Origin: Candidatus Uhrbacteria bacterium
Lineage (GTDB): Bacteria > Patescibacteriota > Patescibacteriia > UBA9934
Assembly (NCBI GenBank): GCA_003453595.1
Contig: DMOG01000001.1
Location: forward strand, 1-55,520
DNA: 55,520 nt
Direction of reading: 5' to 3'
The notes under the pieces are model-generated. The model was not told where the DNA came from. It saw nothing but the letters and a program-made list of their open reading frames with translations, and did no database searches. Below, piece by piece: positions 15,490 to 24,547 of the stretch. Each line of letters begins with the position of its first letter. Position 1 is the stretch's first letter. The translations under genes were made by a program, and so were the position numbers.

Positions 15490-16698
15490 ATGACTATCAA
15501 GAAAGAACAGAAAAACTTACTTATCGGACTTGGAATTTTTATCCTTGTCATACTAATTCTTACGCTTATTCGAACATGGCGAATGTCTAATGTTGAAAAA
15601 ATGATGCAGGGCGCCGAGCTACCATATGGTTTACTAGAAGAGGCAGTGTCCTATGACGGCGATTCTTATCTTGTTCCACCAACTCAAATTTATGAATCTG
15701 GATCAGAGCTACCGGCTCTAACAAATCCAGATTTTGACACAGTCGCTCAAGCTGACGCCTATCTTGCTGATGATATTCCCGGAGTTGATGTGGAGGTAAA
15801 TGGTCAACACAGATTTTACTCATATCAAATTTTAAACTGGCACGAAGTTGTAAACGACACATTTGGCGAAGTCGATCTAGCAGTTACCCATTGTTCATTT
15901 TGTAAAAGCTCGGCCGTATACGACCGGAATGTAGATGGCAAAACTCTAGAATTTGAGAATAGCGGACTTGTATACAACAATAATCAATTACTCGAGTCAA
16001 ATGATGAATCTTTGTGGATTCAATTGAGCGGAAAAGCAATTTCTGGAAAATATCTTGGTGAAAAACTCAACGCATATCAATTCAATGTTTTGACTTGGGC
16101 GCAGTGGAGCGAACATTATCCAAATGGAGAGGTTCTATCAACTGACACAGGCTATGTTCGCGACTATGGTATGCATCCAAATCAAAACTATGATGTTGCC
16201 AAAACAATTTATTATCCAATGAATGTGGATATTAAGTATATGGCAGCTAAGTGGGATATTGATGGATTAGCAATCAACAATGACGCAATTGCATTTTCTG
16301 ACGACATTATGAAAGGTATGTATGCGGCCAATGAGGTTGTTGACGGCATGTCGATTGTTGGTTTTTGGAATGAAGACCTTAAGCAAACATTTATTTATGC
16401 CAGCCAAGTTAATGATCAAGTATTAACATTCTCATATGATTTTAATACTCAGACCATGACTGATGATCAAACTGGCTCGACTTGGAACTCAAACGGATTA
16501 GCTCTTTCTGGTTCATTGACCGGAACTCAACTAACAAGAATTCAAACTCGTCCAAGCTTTTGGATGTGCTGGTATGCAATCTATCCACAAACACAAATCG
16601 CGTTTATTGATACTGCTTCAGACAATACTGATGAGGCAGAGCAAGGCTCATCTTTAGAAATCAACTCTGACACACTCAATGCCACACTTAAAGAATAA
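15490..16698 (+). CDS. DUF3179-domain protein with N-terminal membrane anchor
   Basis: The pattern ILNWHEVVND...LAVTHCSFCKSSAVYDR...LEFENSGLVYNNN...SLWIQLSGKAISG matches the DUF3179 family as I recall it. Confidence 0.75.
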   Translation: MTIKKEQKNLLIGLGIFILVILILTLIRTWRMSNVEKMMQGAELPYGLLEEAVSYDGDSYLVPPTQIYESGSELPALTNPDFDTVAQADAYLADDIPGVDVEVNGQHRFYSYQILNWHEVVNDTFGEVDLAVTHCSFCKSSAVYDRNVDGKTLEFENSGLVYNNNQLLESNDESLWIQLSGKAISGKYLGEKLNAYQFNVLTWAQWSEHYPNGEVLSTDTGYVRDYGMHPNQNYDVAKTIYYPMNVDIKYMAAKWDIDGLAINNDAIAFSDDIMKGMYAANEVVDGMSIVGFWNEDLKQTFIYASQVNDQVLTFSYDFNTQTMTDDQTGSTWNSNGLALSGSLTGTQLTRIQTRPSFWMCWYAIYPQTQIAFIDTASDNTDEAEQGSSLEINSDTLNATLKE

Positions 16699-17359
16699 CA
16701 ATGCGCTTTTTATTGTTGCCACACCAATTGGTAATCTAGGGGACTGTTCTTGGAGAATGGTTGAGGTTCTTAAATCTGTTGATCTGATTGCTTGCGAAGA
16801 CACGCGGGTGACTGGAAAACTACTTTCTCATTTTGAAATAAAAACTCGCACAATCTCATTCCACCAGCATTCTAATCAATCAAAAACACAAGAGTTGATT
16901 GATCTTCTAAAATCAGGCTCATCAATAGCGCTCGTGACTGATGCTGGCACTCCTGGAATATCTGACCCAGGCGGAAAACTAGTTGAAGCTGCTGTTAAAG
17001 AAGGGGTTAATGTTATTCCCATCCCAGGACCGTCAGCAATCATCACAGCTCTTAGCGCGTCTGGATTTCCTACTGATCGATTTTCTTTTCTTGGATTTCC
17101 ACCAAACAAAAAAGGACGGCTAACATACTTTAAAAATCTTGCAAAAGTTAATGATACATTCGCGTTCTATGAATCAACCCACCGGATAGAAAAAACTCTA
17201 GAACAGGTTCCGCAAGATCGACAAATGATTGTGTGTAGGGAACTGACAAAAATGCATGAGCATATTTATCGTGGAACAGCAAAAGAAATTCTTTCTCAGC
17301 TGGCGCGAACATCATCCAAAGGTGAATTCGTCGTAGTCATGGCACCGAGAAGGAAATGA
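16679..17359 (+). CDS. rsmI: 16S rRNA (cytidine1402-2'-O)-methyltransferase
   Basis: LFIVATPIGNLGD, CEDTR and DAGTPGISDPG motifs of the RsmI/tetrapyrrole-methylase fold. Confidence 0.85.
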   Translation: MPHLKNNNALFIVATPIGNLGDCSWRMVEVLKSVDLIACEDTRVTGKLLSHFEIKTRTISFHQHSNQSKTQELIDLLKSGSSIALVTDAGTPGISDPGGKLVEAAVKEGVNVIPIPGPSAIITALSASGFPTDRFSFLGFPPNKKGRLTYFKNLAKVNDTFAFYESTHRIEKTLEQVPQDRQMIVCRELTKMHEHIYRGTAKEILSQLARTSSKGEFVVVMAPRRK

Positions 17360-17384
17360 TATAAGCGAGTCAGCAGTGGAAATA

Positions 17385-17530
17385 TATTTAACCCCCACCC
17401 ACTCCCCCTTGTGAAAGGGGGAGAGACCGAGTCTCGACTTCCCTGAGGAAGCCCGGCGGAGCCGGGTCCGGCTTCACCCCGTCTGACAGGGCTTCGCCAG
17501 AGAGAGTCTAGGGGAAGTCCTCGTTCCTCA
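17385..17530 (+). other. GC-rich intergenic element with nested helices (unclassified)
   Basis: Hairpin 17402-17408/17417-17423. Nested helices 17436-17443/17512-17519, 17448-17453/17470-17475 and 17454-17457/17461-17464. Much GC-richer than its flanks. Confidence 0.4.
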
Positions 17531-17577
17531 TAACCCCTATAACCTCTTCAACCTCCACCACTTTTACCACCTTTATT

Positions 17578-19008
17578 ATGACCCCCTACTACATCACCAC
17601 CACCCTCCCATATGTAAACGCCGATCCGCATATTGGTTTTGCTTTGGAAATTATTCAAGCCGATGCACTTGCCCGATATCATCGGTTGCAAGGTGATGAG
17701 GTGCTTTTTAATACTGGAACTGATGAACATGGACAAAAGATTTATGAAAAGGCCATCAAAGAAGGAAAGGATACGCAGGCTTATGTTGATGAATATGCAG
17801 CTAAATTTGATCGATTAAAAGAGGCACTGAACCTTACTTATACAAATTTCATTCGAACCAGTGATCCAAATCATAAAAAAGCTGCTCAGGAGTTTTGGAA
17901 TCGTTGTTTGGCCAATGGCGATATTCATAAGGATCAATATCAAACAAAATACTGTGTTGGATGTGAGTTAGAAAAATCAGATTCAGAACTGGTTGATGGC
18001 AAGTGTCCTGTGCATCCAAATCTTGAGCTTGAAACACGAGACGAGGAAAATTACTTTTTTGCATTTTCCAAATATCAAAAACCACTTCAGGATTTGTATT
18101 TAGCAAATCCTGATTTTGTTATTCCGGATTATCGATTTAATGAAATAAAAAGTTTTGTTGATGCTGGACTAAAAGATTTCAGTATTTCTCGTGTAAAAGA
18201 AAAAATGCCTTGGGGCGTGCCAGTGCCAGGAGACGAAAATCATGTGATGTATGTTTGGTTTGATGCGCTTGTCAATTATATTTCCACTCTTGGTTGGCCA
18301 AACGAGGAAGGGGACTTTAAAAAATTCTGGCCTGGGGTTCAGGTTGCTGGAAAAGATAATCTTCGTCAGCAATCAGCTATGTGGCAGGCCATGCTTTTAT
18401 CAGCCAGTATTGAGCCATCAAAACAAGTCTTTATTCATGGATTTATAACCTCGGGCGGACAAAAGATGAGTAAGAGCCTTGGCAATGTGGTTGATCCGTT
18501 TACGCTTGTTGATGAATTTGGAACTGATGCTGTTCGCTATTATCTTCTGCGCGAAATTCCATCACATGACGATGGCGACTATTCAGCCGACCGCATGGAG
18601 GAAAGATTTGCTGAACTTGCCAACCAGCTTGGCAATCTTGTTAGTCGAGTTGCAGCCATGGCTGGTAAATATTTTGACGGCAAGCTCGACAGGGTTGATC
18701 GAGATTGGTCAGAACAAAACGCCAAGCTAGACCTATGCATGAAAAACTATGACTTTAAAACTTATACTGATCAAATTTTTCAAGTAGTATCAGACGCAAA
18801 CGAAATAATAGACAAAAAAGCTCCATTTAAACTTGTCAAAACCGATGAAGCTGGAGCAAAAAAGATTTTAAGCGAACTAGCCGACATGATCAGATTTATC
18901 GGCCAATCACTTCTCCCAATCATTCCTGTATCAGCTCAAGAAATCCTAAATCGTTATGCGGGTGAAAAGATTATTGTCGGCGACCCCATTTTCCCTCGAC
19001 GAGATTAA
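17578..19008 (+). CDS. metG: methionyl-tRNA synthetase
   Basis: N-terminus YITTTLPYVNADPHIGF, Zn-knuckle CVGCE...CPVH, and KMSKS. Confidence 0.92.
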   Translation: MTPYYITTTLPYVNADPHIGFALEIIQADALARYHRLQGDEVLFNTGTDEHGQKIYEKAIKEGKDTQAYVDEYAAKFDRLKEALNLTYTNFIRTSDPNHKKAAQEFWNRCLANGDIHKDQYQTKYCVGCELEKSDSELVDGKCPVHPNLELETRDEENYFFAFSKYQKPLQDLYLANPDFVIPDYRFNEIKSFVDAGLKDFSISRVKEKMPWGVPVPGDENHVMYVWFDALVNYISTLGWPNEEGDFKKFWPGVQVAGKDNLRQQSAMWQAMLLSASIEPSKQVFIHGFITSGGQKMSKSLGNVVDPFTLVDEFGTDAVRYYLLREIPSHDDGDYSADRMEERFAELANQLGNLVSRVAAMAGKYFDGKLDRVDRDWSEQNAKLDLCMKNYDFKTYTDQIFQVVSDANEIIDKKAPFKLVKTDEAGAKKILSELADMIRFIGQSLLPIIPVSAQEILNRYAGEKIIVGDPIFPRRD

Positions 19009-19021
19009 TAAATAACAATAT

Positions 19022-19510
19022 ATGACTTTAACACTTGCTGACTTAGCGCTTCTGATAATTGCTGGTATATTTATCATCTCTGGTCTTTATCACGGTTTTA
19101 TCCGTACAGTCGGAGGCTTGATTGGACTGATTGGCGGAATATTTGCTGCGATCTTCATCGTGCAATGGATCGAGGGATTCTGGACGATCAGTGATCGACC
19201 AATCTTGCAAGTCATTCTTTTCTTCGTAATCATGGCTATTGCCAGTCAACTAATCGCTTGGATTTTCGAGTTGCTTGACCGTGCTTACAAACTTTTAACA
19301 ATCATTCCATTTGTCGAAAGCATTAACAAACTTCTTGGTGGAATCCTAGGAGCAATCGAAGCTTTCGTTGTCCTTTCCGGAATCATCTACTACGCCACAA
19401 CATATTTATCAGACGGAACCTTCAAATCAGCCGTCCTCGACTCCCAAGTAATAACCTGGCTCTCCTGGGCAGGGAATTGGATCATGTGGATTGTGGGGTT
19501 GTTTGTTTAA
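19022..19510 (+). CDS. CvpA-family membrane protein
   Basis: Four transmembrane segments. The N-terminal IISGLYHGFIRTVGGLIGLIGG segment is typical of CvpA-like proteins. Confidence 0.65.
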   Translation: MTLTLADLALLIIAGIFIISGLYHGFIRTVGGLIGLIGGIFAAIFIVQWIEGFWTISDRPILQVILFFVIMAIASQLIAWIFELLDRAYKLLTIIPFVESINKLLGGILGAIEAFVVLSGIIYYATTYLSDGTFKSAVLDSQVITWLSWAGNWIMWIVGLFV

Positions 19511-19540
19511 ATTATAGGTCCTATAGGACTAATAAGACCT

Positions 19541-20383
19541 ATGAACTTAAAACTGATTGACACTCACTGTCATGTTAACTTCTCGGCATACAAGGATGAT
19601 ATGGATGCTGTTATTGGGCGTTCGTTAGATGAGGGGATTGGGATGATTATTGTGGGGACGCAGTCTGATACTAGTCGGCGAGCGGTTGAAGTGGCGGAAA
19701 AATATGATGGGGTTTGGGCTAGTATCGGACTTCATCCGTCACATTTACATAAACAAGAGTTTCATGATGTTGGAGAATTTGATTCTGTAAAAACTCGCAC
19801 TGAGTTTTTTGATCCAGAGTTTTATCGCCAGCTTGCGTCTCACCCAAAAGTCATGGCTATTGGTGAGTTTGGTCTTGATTATTATCACCTGCCGCCAGAT
19901 ATTGATGAGGCGCAAGTTCATAAGGATCAAATCAATGCGACAAATTTGCAAATCGATCTTGCGACTGAATTTAATAAACCAATCATTGTTCATTCCCGCG
20001 ATGCTCATGATGATCAATTTGAAATTCTGCGATTGGCGGTTGAGGCTGGCAAACTTCCCAGGCGCGGGGTCGTGCATTGCTTCACCGGTACACTTAAAGA
20101 CGCTCAACGCTATATTGATCTTGGATTCATGATCTCGTTTACTGGAATTCTCACTTTCTCAAAAGAACTACAAGTAATCGCCCGCGAACTTCCAATTGAA
20201 TCGATCATGGTCGAAACCGACGCTCCATACTTATCCCCAGTGCCACATCGAGGCAAACGCAACGAACCATCATATGTTAAATTCATCGCCCAGACTCTAG
20301 CGGATGTCAAAGGTCTGTCATACAAGCAAGTTGCCGAACAAACAACCGCAAACGCGATTAAATTTTTTGGATTAGATATTTAA
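19541..20383 (+). CDS. tatD: TatD-family metal-dependent hydrolase/DNase
   Basis: IDTHCHVN, GEFGLDY, HSRDA, VHCFTG and ETDAPYL motifs. Confidence 0.88.
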   Translation: MNLKLIDTHCHVNFSAYKDDMDAVIGRSLDEGIGMIIVGTQSDTSRRAVEVAEKYDGVWASIGLHPSHLHKQEFHDVGEFDSVKTRTEFFDPEFYRQLASHPKVMAIGEFGLDYYHLPPDIDEAQVHKDQINATNLQIDLATEFNKPIIVHSRDAHDDQFEILRLAVEAGKLPRRGVVHCFTGTLKDAQRYIDLGFMISFTGILTFSKELQVIARELPIESIMVETDAPYLSPVPHRGKRNEPSYVKFIAQTLADVKGLSYKQVAEQTTANAIKFFGLDI

Positions 20384-20385
20384 AC

Positions 20386-21639
20386 ATGAAGAAAAGCTTT
20401 GACATAATTGTTGTCGGAGGTGGGTCAGCGGGGATGATGGCTGCTGGACGAGCGGGTGAGCTTGGGGCTCGTGCGCTTTTAGTTGAAAAGAACGATCGAC
20501 TTGGGAAGAAATTAAGCATGACAGGTGGACGAAGATGTAATATCACTAATGCAGAAACTGACAATCGGGTTTTTCTGGAAAATTTTCCTGAGTCAAAACA
20601 ATTTTTGTTTTCTCCTTTTTCACAGTTTAATGTCAAAGATACTTTTGAGTTTTTCGAAAAACTTGGTCTACCATTGGTTATTGAAGATCGTAAACGGGCA
20701 TTTCCCAAATCTCAAAGTGCACAAGATGTTTGCAATGCTCTTATCAATTACATTAATCAAAGCAAGAATGTTGATGTACAACTAAACACTGCCTTTAAGT
20801 CTTTTAAAATTAAGGCTGGAAAAATTATCGGAATTAACACATCGGCTGGCACTTTTTTTGCTGACAAAGTGATTATTGCTACCGGAGGTTTAGCTGCACC
20901 CGAGACTGGATCAACGGGAGAGGGTTTAAATGCACTTAATGAGATCGGACACAAAATTAAAGAGCCAGACGCGAATCTGGCTCCGCTTCGCACAAAATCA
21001 AAATGGGTCCATAAACTTTCCGGGACTAGTCTAGACGACATTGGATTGCGTTTCATCCAAAAAAATAAAACTCAATTTAAAGTTCGCGGTCGAATTCTTT
21101 TTACCCATTTTGGCATCTCTGGTCCGATGGTCATCAACTCCGCTCACAAAGTTAAAGGCTTACTTAAAAAAGGAGAGGTGGAAGCCTCGATTGATCTTTT
21201 TCCAGATCACGACTTGGGAAGTCTGGATAAATTTTTTATAAAACTATTTGACGACCAAAAAAATAAGAAGCTAAAAAGTCTACTTAACACGCTATTGCAA
21301 AAGAGTCTTGTAGAAGCGATGCTAAACATGCTCGAATCAGATATGATCGACCTGCAAGTACATTCAATAACAAAACAACAAAGAAAGTCTCTTGTTCAAA
21401 TCATGAATGATCTGCGCTTTCCAATTCAAGGAACAATGGGACTGGAATGGTCGATTGTAGCTGATGGAGGAGTTGATCCAAAAGAAATTAATTTTAAAAC
21501 AATGGCATCTCGCCTCTATCCAAATCTCTATCTAATCGGAGACACAATAGACATAAATAGACCATCGGGCGGATTCTCATTGCAGCTTTGCTGGACAACT
21601 GGCTTTGTGGCCGGGACACATTCTACAAAAGGCTTTTAA
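20386..21639 (+). CDS. FAD-dependent oxidoreductase, HI0933/YhiN/BaiN family
   Basis: DIIVVGGGSAGMMAAGRA dinucleotide fold and GGRRCNITN, a family hallmark. Confidence 0.85.
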   Translation: MKKSFDIIVVGGGSAGMMAAGRAGELGARALLVEKNDRLGKKLSMTGGRRCNITNAETDNRVFLENFPESKQFLFSPFSQFNVKDTFEFFEKLGLPLVIEDRKRAFPKSQSAQDVCNALINYINQSKNVDVQLNTAFKSFKIKAGKIIGINTSAGTFFADKVIIATGGLAAPETGSTGEGLNALNEIGHKIKEPDANLAPLRTKSKWVHKLSGTSLDDIGLRFIQKNKTQFKVRGRILFTHFGISGPMVINSAHKVKGLLKKGEVEASIDLFPDHDLGSLDKFFIKLFDDQKNKKLKSLLNTLLQKSLVEAMLNMLESDMIDLQVHSITKQQRKSLVQIMNDLRFPIQGTMGLEWSIVADGGVDPKEINFKTMASRLYPNLYLIGDTIDINRPSGGFSLQLCWTTGFVAGTHSTKGF

Positions 21640-21798
21640 AGAGTTAAGTATTACAAATATCAAATATTCACACCACCCAGGGACATCACCCTTTCTTGTC
21701 TAAAAACGAAAGTACTCGCCCTGCTGTCGAGTGATGACAAGCTCTTCTTTTTACCGAGTCCTAGTAAAGTTATCCACAGTAGCTGATATAAGAAAGAC

Positions 21799-21827
21799 TT
21801 GAAAGCGTATTCTAATCGTGGTAGGGT
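21799..21827 (+). promoter_or_regulatory. candidate promoter of the hairpin-repeat sRNA
   Basis: TTGAAA (21799-21804), a 17-nt spacer, then TGgTAGGGT (TG at 21819-20, hexamer 21822-21827). The T and A positions of TAnnnT are kept. Confidence 0.35.
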
Positions 21828-21833
21828 AATAGT

Positions 21834-22005
21834 GTACTAAGGCTCACAAGAGTAGCTGATTCTAAACAGCACCTGAATATAAACAGGTAGTACAAGCACA
21901 GCTTAAGCCTCTGCATATAAACAGAAAAGCTAAAGCAGCCGAGTTTTAACCGGCAACTGTGTTCTAAACAGTGTGCAGAAAGAACCCCACCTAGGAGGGT
22001 TTTTT
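21834..22005 (+). ncRNA. candidate sRNA with four repeated NCUG-N4-5-UAAA-CAGN hairpins (unclassified)
   Basis: Hairpins at 21855-21870, 21871-21888, 21910-21925 and 21956-21972. There is no ATG anywhere in the interval. It ends in cccacc/ggaggg followed by TTTTTT (21986-22005). Confidence 0.4.
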
Positions 22006-22030
22006 CATTTATTTCAAAATTTGCTTAATC

Positions 22031-22059
22031 TTGACCCATTTCGCTTATCAAGCTATACT
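22031..22059 (+). promoter_or_regulatory. sigma70-type promoter of the atp operon
   Basis: TTGACC (22031-22036), a 17-nt spacer, then TATACT (22054-22059), 20 nt before GTG 22080. Confidence 0.6.
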
Positions 22060-22079
22060 ATGGCCGAAATTTAAAACCT

Positions 22080-22340
22080 GTGGATACACCAAACAAGCCA
22101 GAAAAAAAGGTCTCTGACCGATACTATTACGCTCTGGCAATCCGAATTGCTGCTGACTTTGGTGTCTCGATTGCAGTACCTGCGTTGGTAGCAGCATACG
22201 CAGGTGTAAAATTAGATGAAAGGTTTGGCACAAAACCTTGGATACTATTTATTCTGTTGGCATTAGCACTCACTCTTACTGCAGTCATTATTGTGAAAAA
22301 GGCAAATTACTATGCAAAGCTGTACAAAAAGGGAGAATAA
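22080..22340 (+). CDS. atpZ: AtpZ/AtpI-family small membrane protein
   Basis: GTG start. Two transmembrane helices with the AGVKLDERFGTKPW motif typical of ATP synthase protein I-like ORFs. First gene of the atp operon. Confidence 0.65.
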   Translation: MDTPNKPEKKVSDRYYYALAIRIAADFGVSIAVPALVAAYAGVKLDERFGTKPWILFILLALALTLTAVIIVKKANYYAKLYKKGE

Positions 22341-23181
22341 AATTGAACTTGCACTTGCTAGCATCCCACTTGCAGCTGAACCAATTTTTGAAATCGGAAA
22401 ATTTACAATAACAAATACCATGTTAAACGCGTACATAGCAGTCGCGTTTTTTTGTTTAGTTGCCTACATTGTTACAAAACGAAGATCAATTATCCCAAAG
22501 GGAATCTATAATTTTATAGAAATGTTAATTGAATTTGTTTTATCTGAAATCGAAAAAGTAACAAATAACAAAGCCAATGCCAGGAAATTTTTACCGCTTG
22601 TGGCCACCATCTTCTTTTTCATTCTATTTTCTAATTGGTTAGGTCAGCTACCGGGCACTGGATCGATCGGGGTTTATGGACTCATGCACGGCGAAATGGA
22701 ATTAATCCCTCTTCTTCGACCAGCGACCAGTGATCTTAATATGACGCTTGGTATTGCAATTATTGCAATCCTTTCTACTCATCTAACAGGTCTTCGTAGC
22801 GTTGGCGTCTTTAATCACATTAGCAAGTTCTTTAATGTTCGTGGCATATTAAGATCATTTAAAAAAGGTCCAATGGCAGTGGTGGTGGCAGTGGTTGAAT
22901 TTTTTATTGGTTTAATTGAAATCATCGGAGAGTTTGCCAAAACACTTTCACTTTCACTTCGACTTTTTGGAAATATTTTTGCGGGTGAGGTGCTAATGAC
23001 TGTAATGCTCGGACTTTTCTCATATGTTTTGCCAATTCCATTTATTTTCTTAGAGATTTTGGTAGGAATCATCCAGGCAACAGTATTTGCCATGCTAACT
23101 TTGGCATTCTTGGTTGTAGCAACCATGAGTCATGGTGAACACAAAGAAGAACATCATCAAAAAGTCACTGCTCACGCATAG
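22312..23181 (+). CDS. atpB: F0F1 ATP synthase subunit a
   Basis: Subunit a hallmarks LSLSLRLFGNIFAGE (essential Arg) and five transmembrane helices. The start is uncertain because it overlaps atpZ by 29 nt. Confidence 0.88.
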   Translation: MQSCTKRENKIELALASIPLAAEPIFEIGKFTITNTMLNAYIAVAFFCLVAYIVTKRRSIIPKGIYNFIEMLIEFVLSEIEKVTNNKANARKFLPLVATIFFFILFSNWLGQLPGTGSIGVYGLMHGEMELIPLLRPATSDLNMTLGIAIIAILSTHLTGLRSVGVFNHISKFFNVRGILRSFKKGPMAVVVAVVEFFIGLIEIIGEFAKTLSLSLRLFGNIFAGEVLMTVMLGLFSYVLPIPFIFLEILVGIIQATVFAMLTLAFLVVATMSHGEHKEEHHQKVTAHA

Positions 23182-23254
23182 CTTGTGAACCTTGATGCGC
23201 TCAAAGATTATTTGATCGCATCAAGTCTCATAAGACTACAATCTAAATAATTAA

Positions 23255-23491
<237 letters not shown>

Positions 23492-23548
23492 TCAATTCAC
23501 TTCGATGAGCTCTTGCTTAAGGAGATCATCGAGACTGAGTTAATTACT

Positions 23549-24157
23549 ATGAGTCAAACAGAAACAACAAATCAGGAACTATCTGCTCAAGAACTTGAGG
23601 ATACACACGCTAAGGAAAATCAAGAGCTTAGTGCTCATGAGGAAGTCTCAGATAATCCAGCGCAAATAGTGGCCGGCCAATTTGGACTTAATGGTCAAAT
23701 TTTTGCCGCACAGATTATTAACTTTTTGATTGTTTTAATTATTTTGTGGAAATTTGTTTACAATCCTATTGTAAAAATGCTTGACCAACGATCAGAAAAA
23801 ATTGAGCAAAGCATGAAACATGCAGACGAAATTGAAAAACGAGTTGCACTAATTGAAAAAGAAAGAGACCAAGTTATTACTCAGGCACAAAAGCAAGCTC
23901 AAGAAATCATTGAAAAAGCTCATGCTCAAGGCGAGACAAGACAGGATGAAATAATCTTAGCTGCAAAACGAGAGGTTGAGCGCGTTATTACAAAAGGGAA
24001 AGATCAACTAGCTGATGAAAAAACAATAATGATTAAGGAAATGAAAAAGGAAATTGTTGATTTGGCTATGAAAGCAACAACTCGTATTCTCAGAGATCAA
24101 GTGGACGAAGTAAAATCAAAATCTTTAGCTGAAGAAACTATCCGCAAACTTATCTAA
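23549..24157 (+). CDS. atpF: F0F1 ATP synthase subunit b (with acidic N-terminal extension)
   Basis: One transmembrane helix (IINFLIVLIILWKFVY) followed by a long charged helix. The start is ambiguous (TTG 23513 or ATG 23549). Confidence 0.75.
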   Translation: MSQTETTNQELSAQELEDTHAKENQELSAHEEVSDNPAQIVAGQFGLNGQIFAAQIINFLIVLIILWKFVYNPIVKMLDQRSEKIEQSMKHADEIEKRVALIEKERDQVITQAQKQAQEIIEKAHAQGETRQDEIILAAKREVERVITKGKDQLADEKTIMIKEMKKEIVDLAMKATTRILRDQVDEVKSKSLAEETIRKLI

Positions 24158-24158
24158 T

Positions 24159-24542
24159 ATGGATGCTAAGATAAAAACAATCACCAGAGTTCTGATTGAT
24201 CAGGTGGAAAAGAACAAAGAAAATGATATTAAAAAAATAATGAATGACTTTGTTCAATTCCTTGCTCAAGAAAAAATGATTGACAGATGGAGGGAAATCG
24301 AACTGGCGATTCATCAATCTTGGAAAGAAATATACGGTGCGTCAGCAATCACGGTTGTATCAGCTCATCCACTAACAGAGGAATTAAATAAACAAATTGA
24401 GGAATTGGCCAAAGGGGCAGACATTGAACGCCGGGTCGATGAAAGACTTATTGGCGGATCAGTAATCAGGATAGATGATCGCCGTATAGATGGATCAATT
24501 GCCGGTAATCTACAAAAACTCAAAATGACACTCTCAAAATAA
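24159..24542 (+). CDS. atpH: F0F1 ATP synthase subunit delta (short form, 127 aa)
   Basis: C-terminal OSCP signature [29 protein letters not shown] and the expected operon position. Confidence 0.75.
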   Translation: MDAKIKTITRVLIDQVEKNKENDIKKIMNDFVQFLAQEKMIDRWREIELAIHQSWKEIYGASAITVVSAHPLTEELNKQIEELAKGADIERRVDERLIGGSVIRIDDRRIDGSIAGNLQKLKMTLSK

Positions 24543-24547
24543 AATAT

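Noticed and set aside
17385-17577. T-box riboswitch or SRP RNA upstream of metG
   Set aside because: There is no T-box sequence (GGUGGUACCGCG-like), no specifier/AG-bulge architecture, and no GGAAGCAGC / GNRA-capped helix 8 of SRP RNA on either strand.
21770-22087. Replication origin: a perfect DnaA box TTATCCACA at 21770-21778 and a one-mismatch inverted box TGTGGATAC at 22079-22087
   Set aside because: There are only two boxes about 300 bp apart, no cluster, no adjacent AT-rich unwinding element, and no dnaA/dnaN nearby. The genes on both sides run in the same direction. The second box overlaps the atpZ start. This is insufficient for an oriC call.
23519-23524. AAGGAG upstream of atpF as a Shine-Dalgarno
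   Set aside because: It lies 24 nt before ATG 23549 and just after TTG 23513. No start codon sits at a functional distance, so it is probably coincidental.
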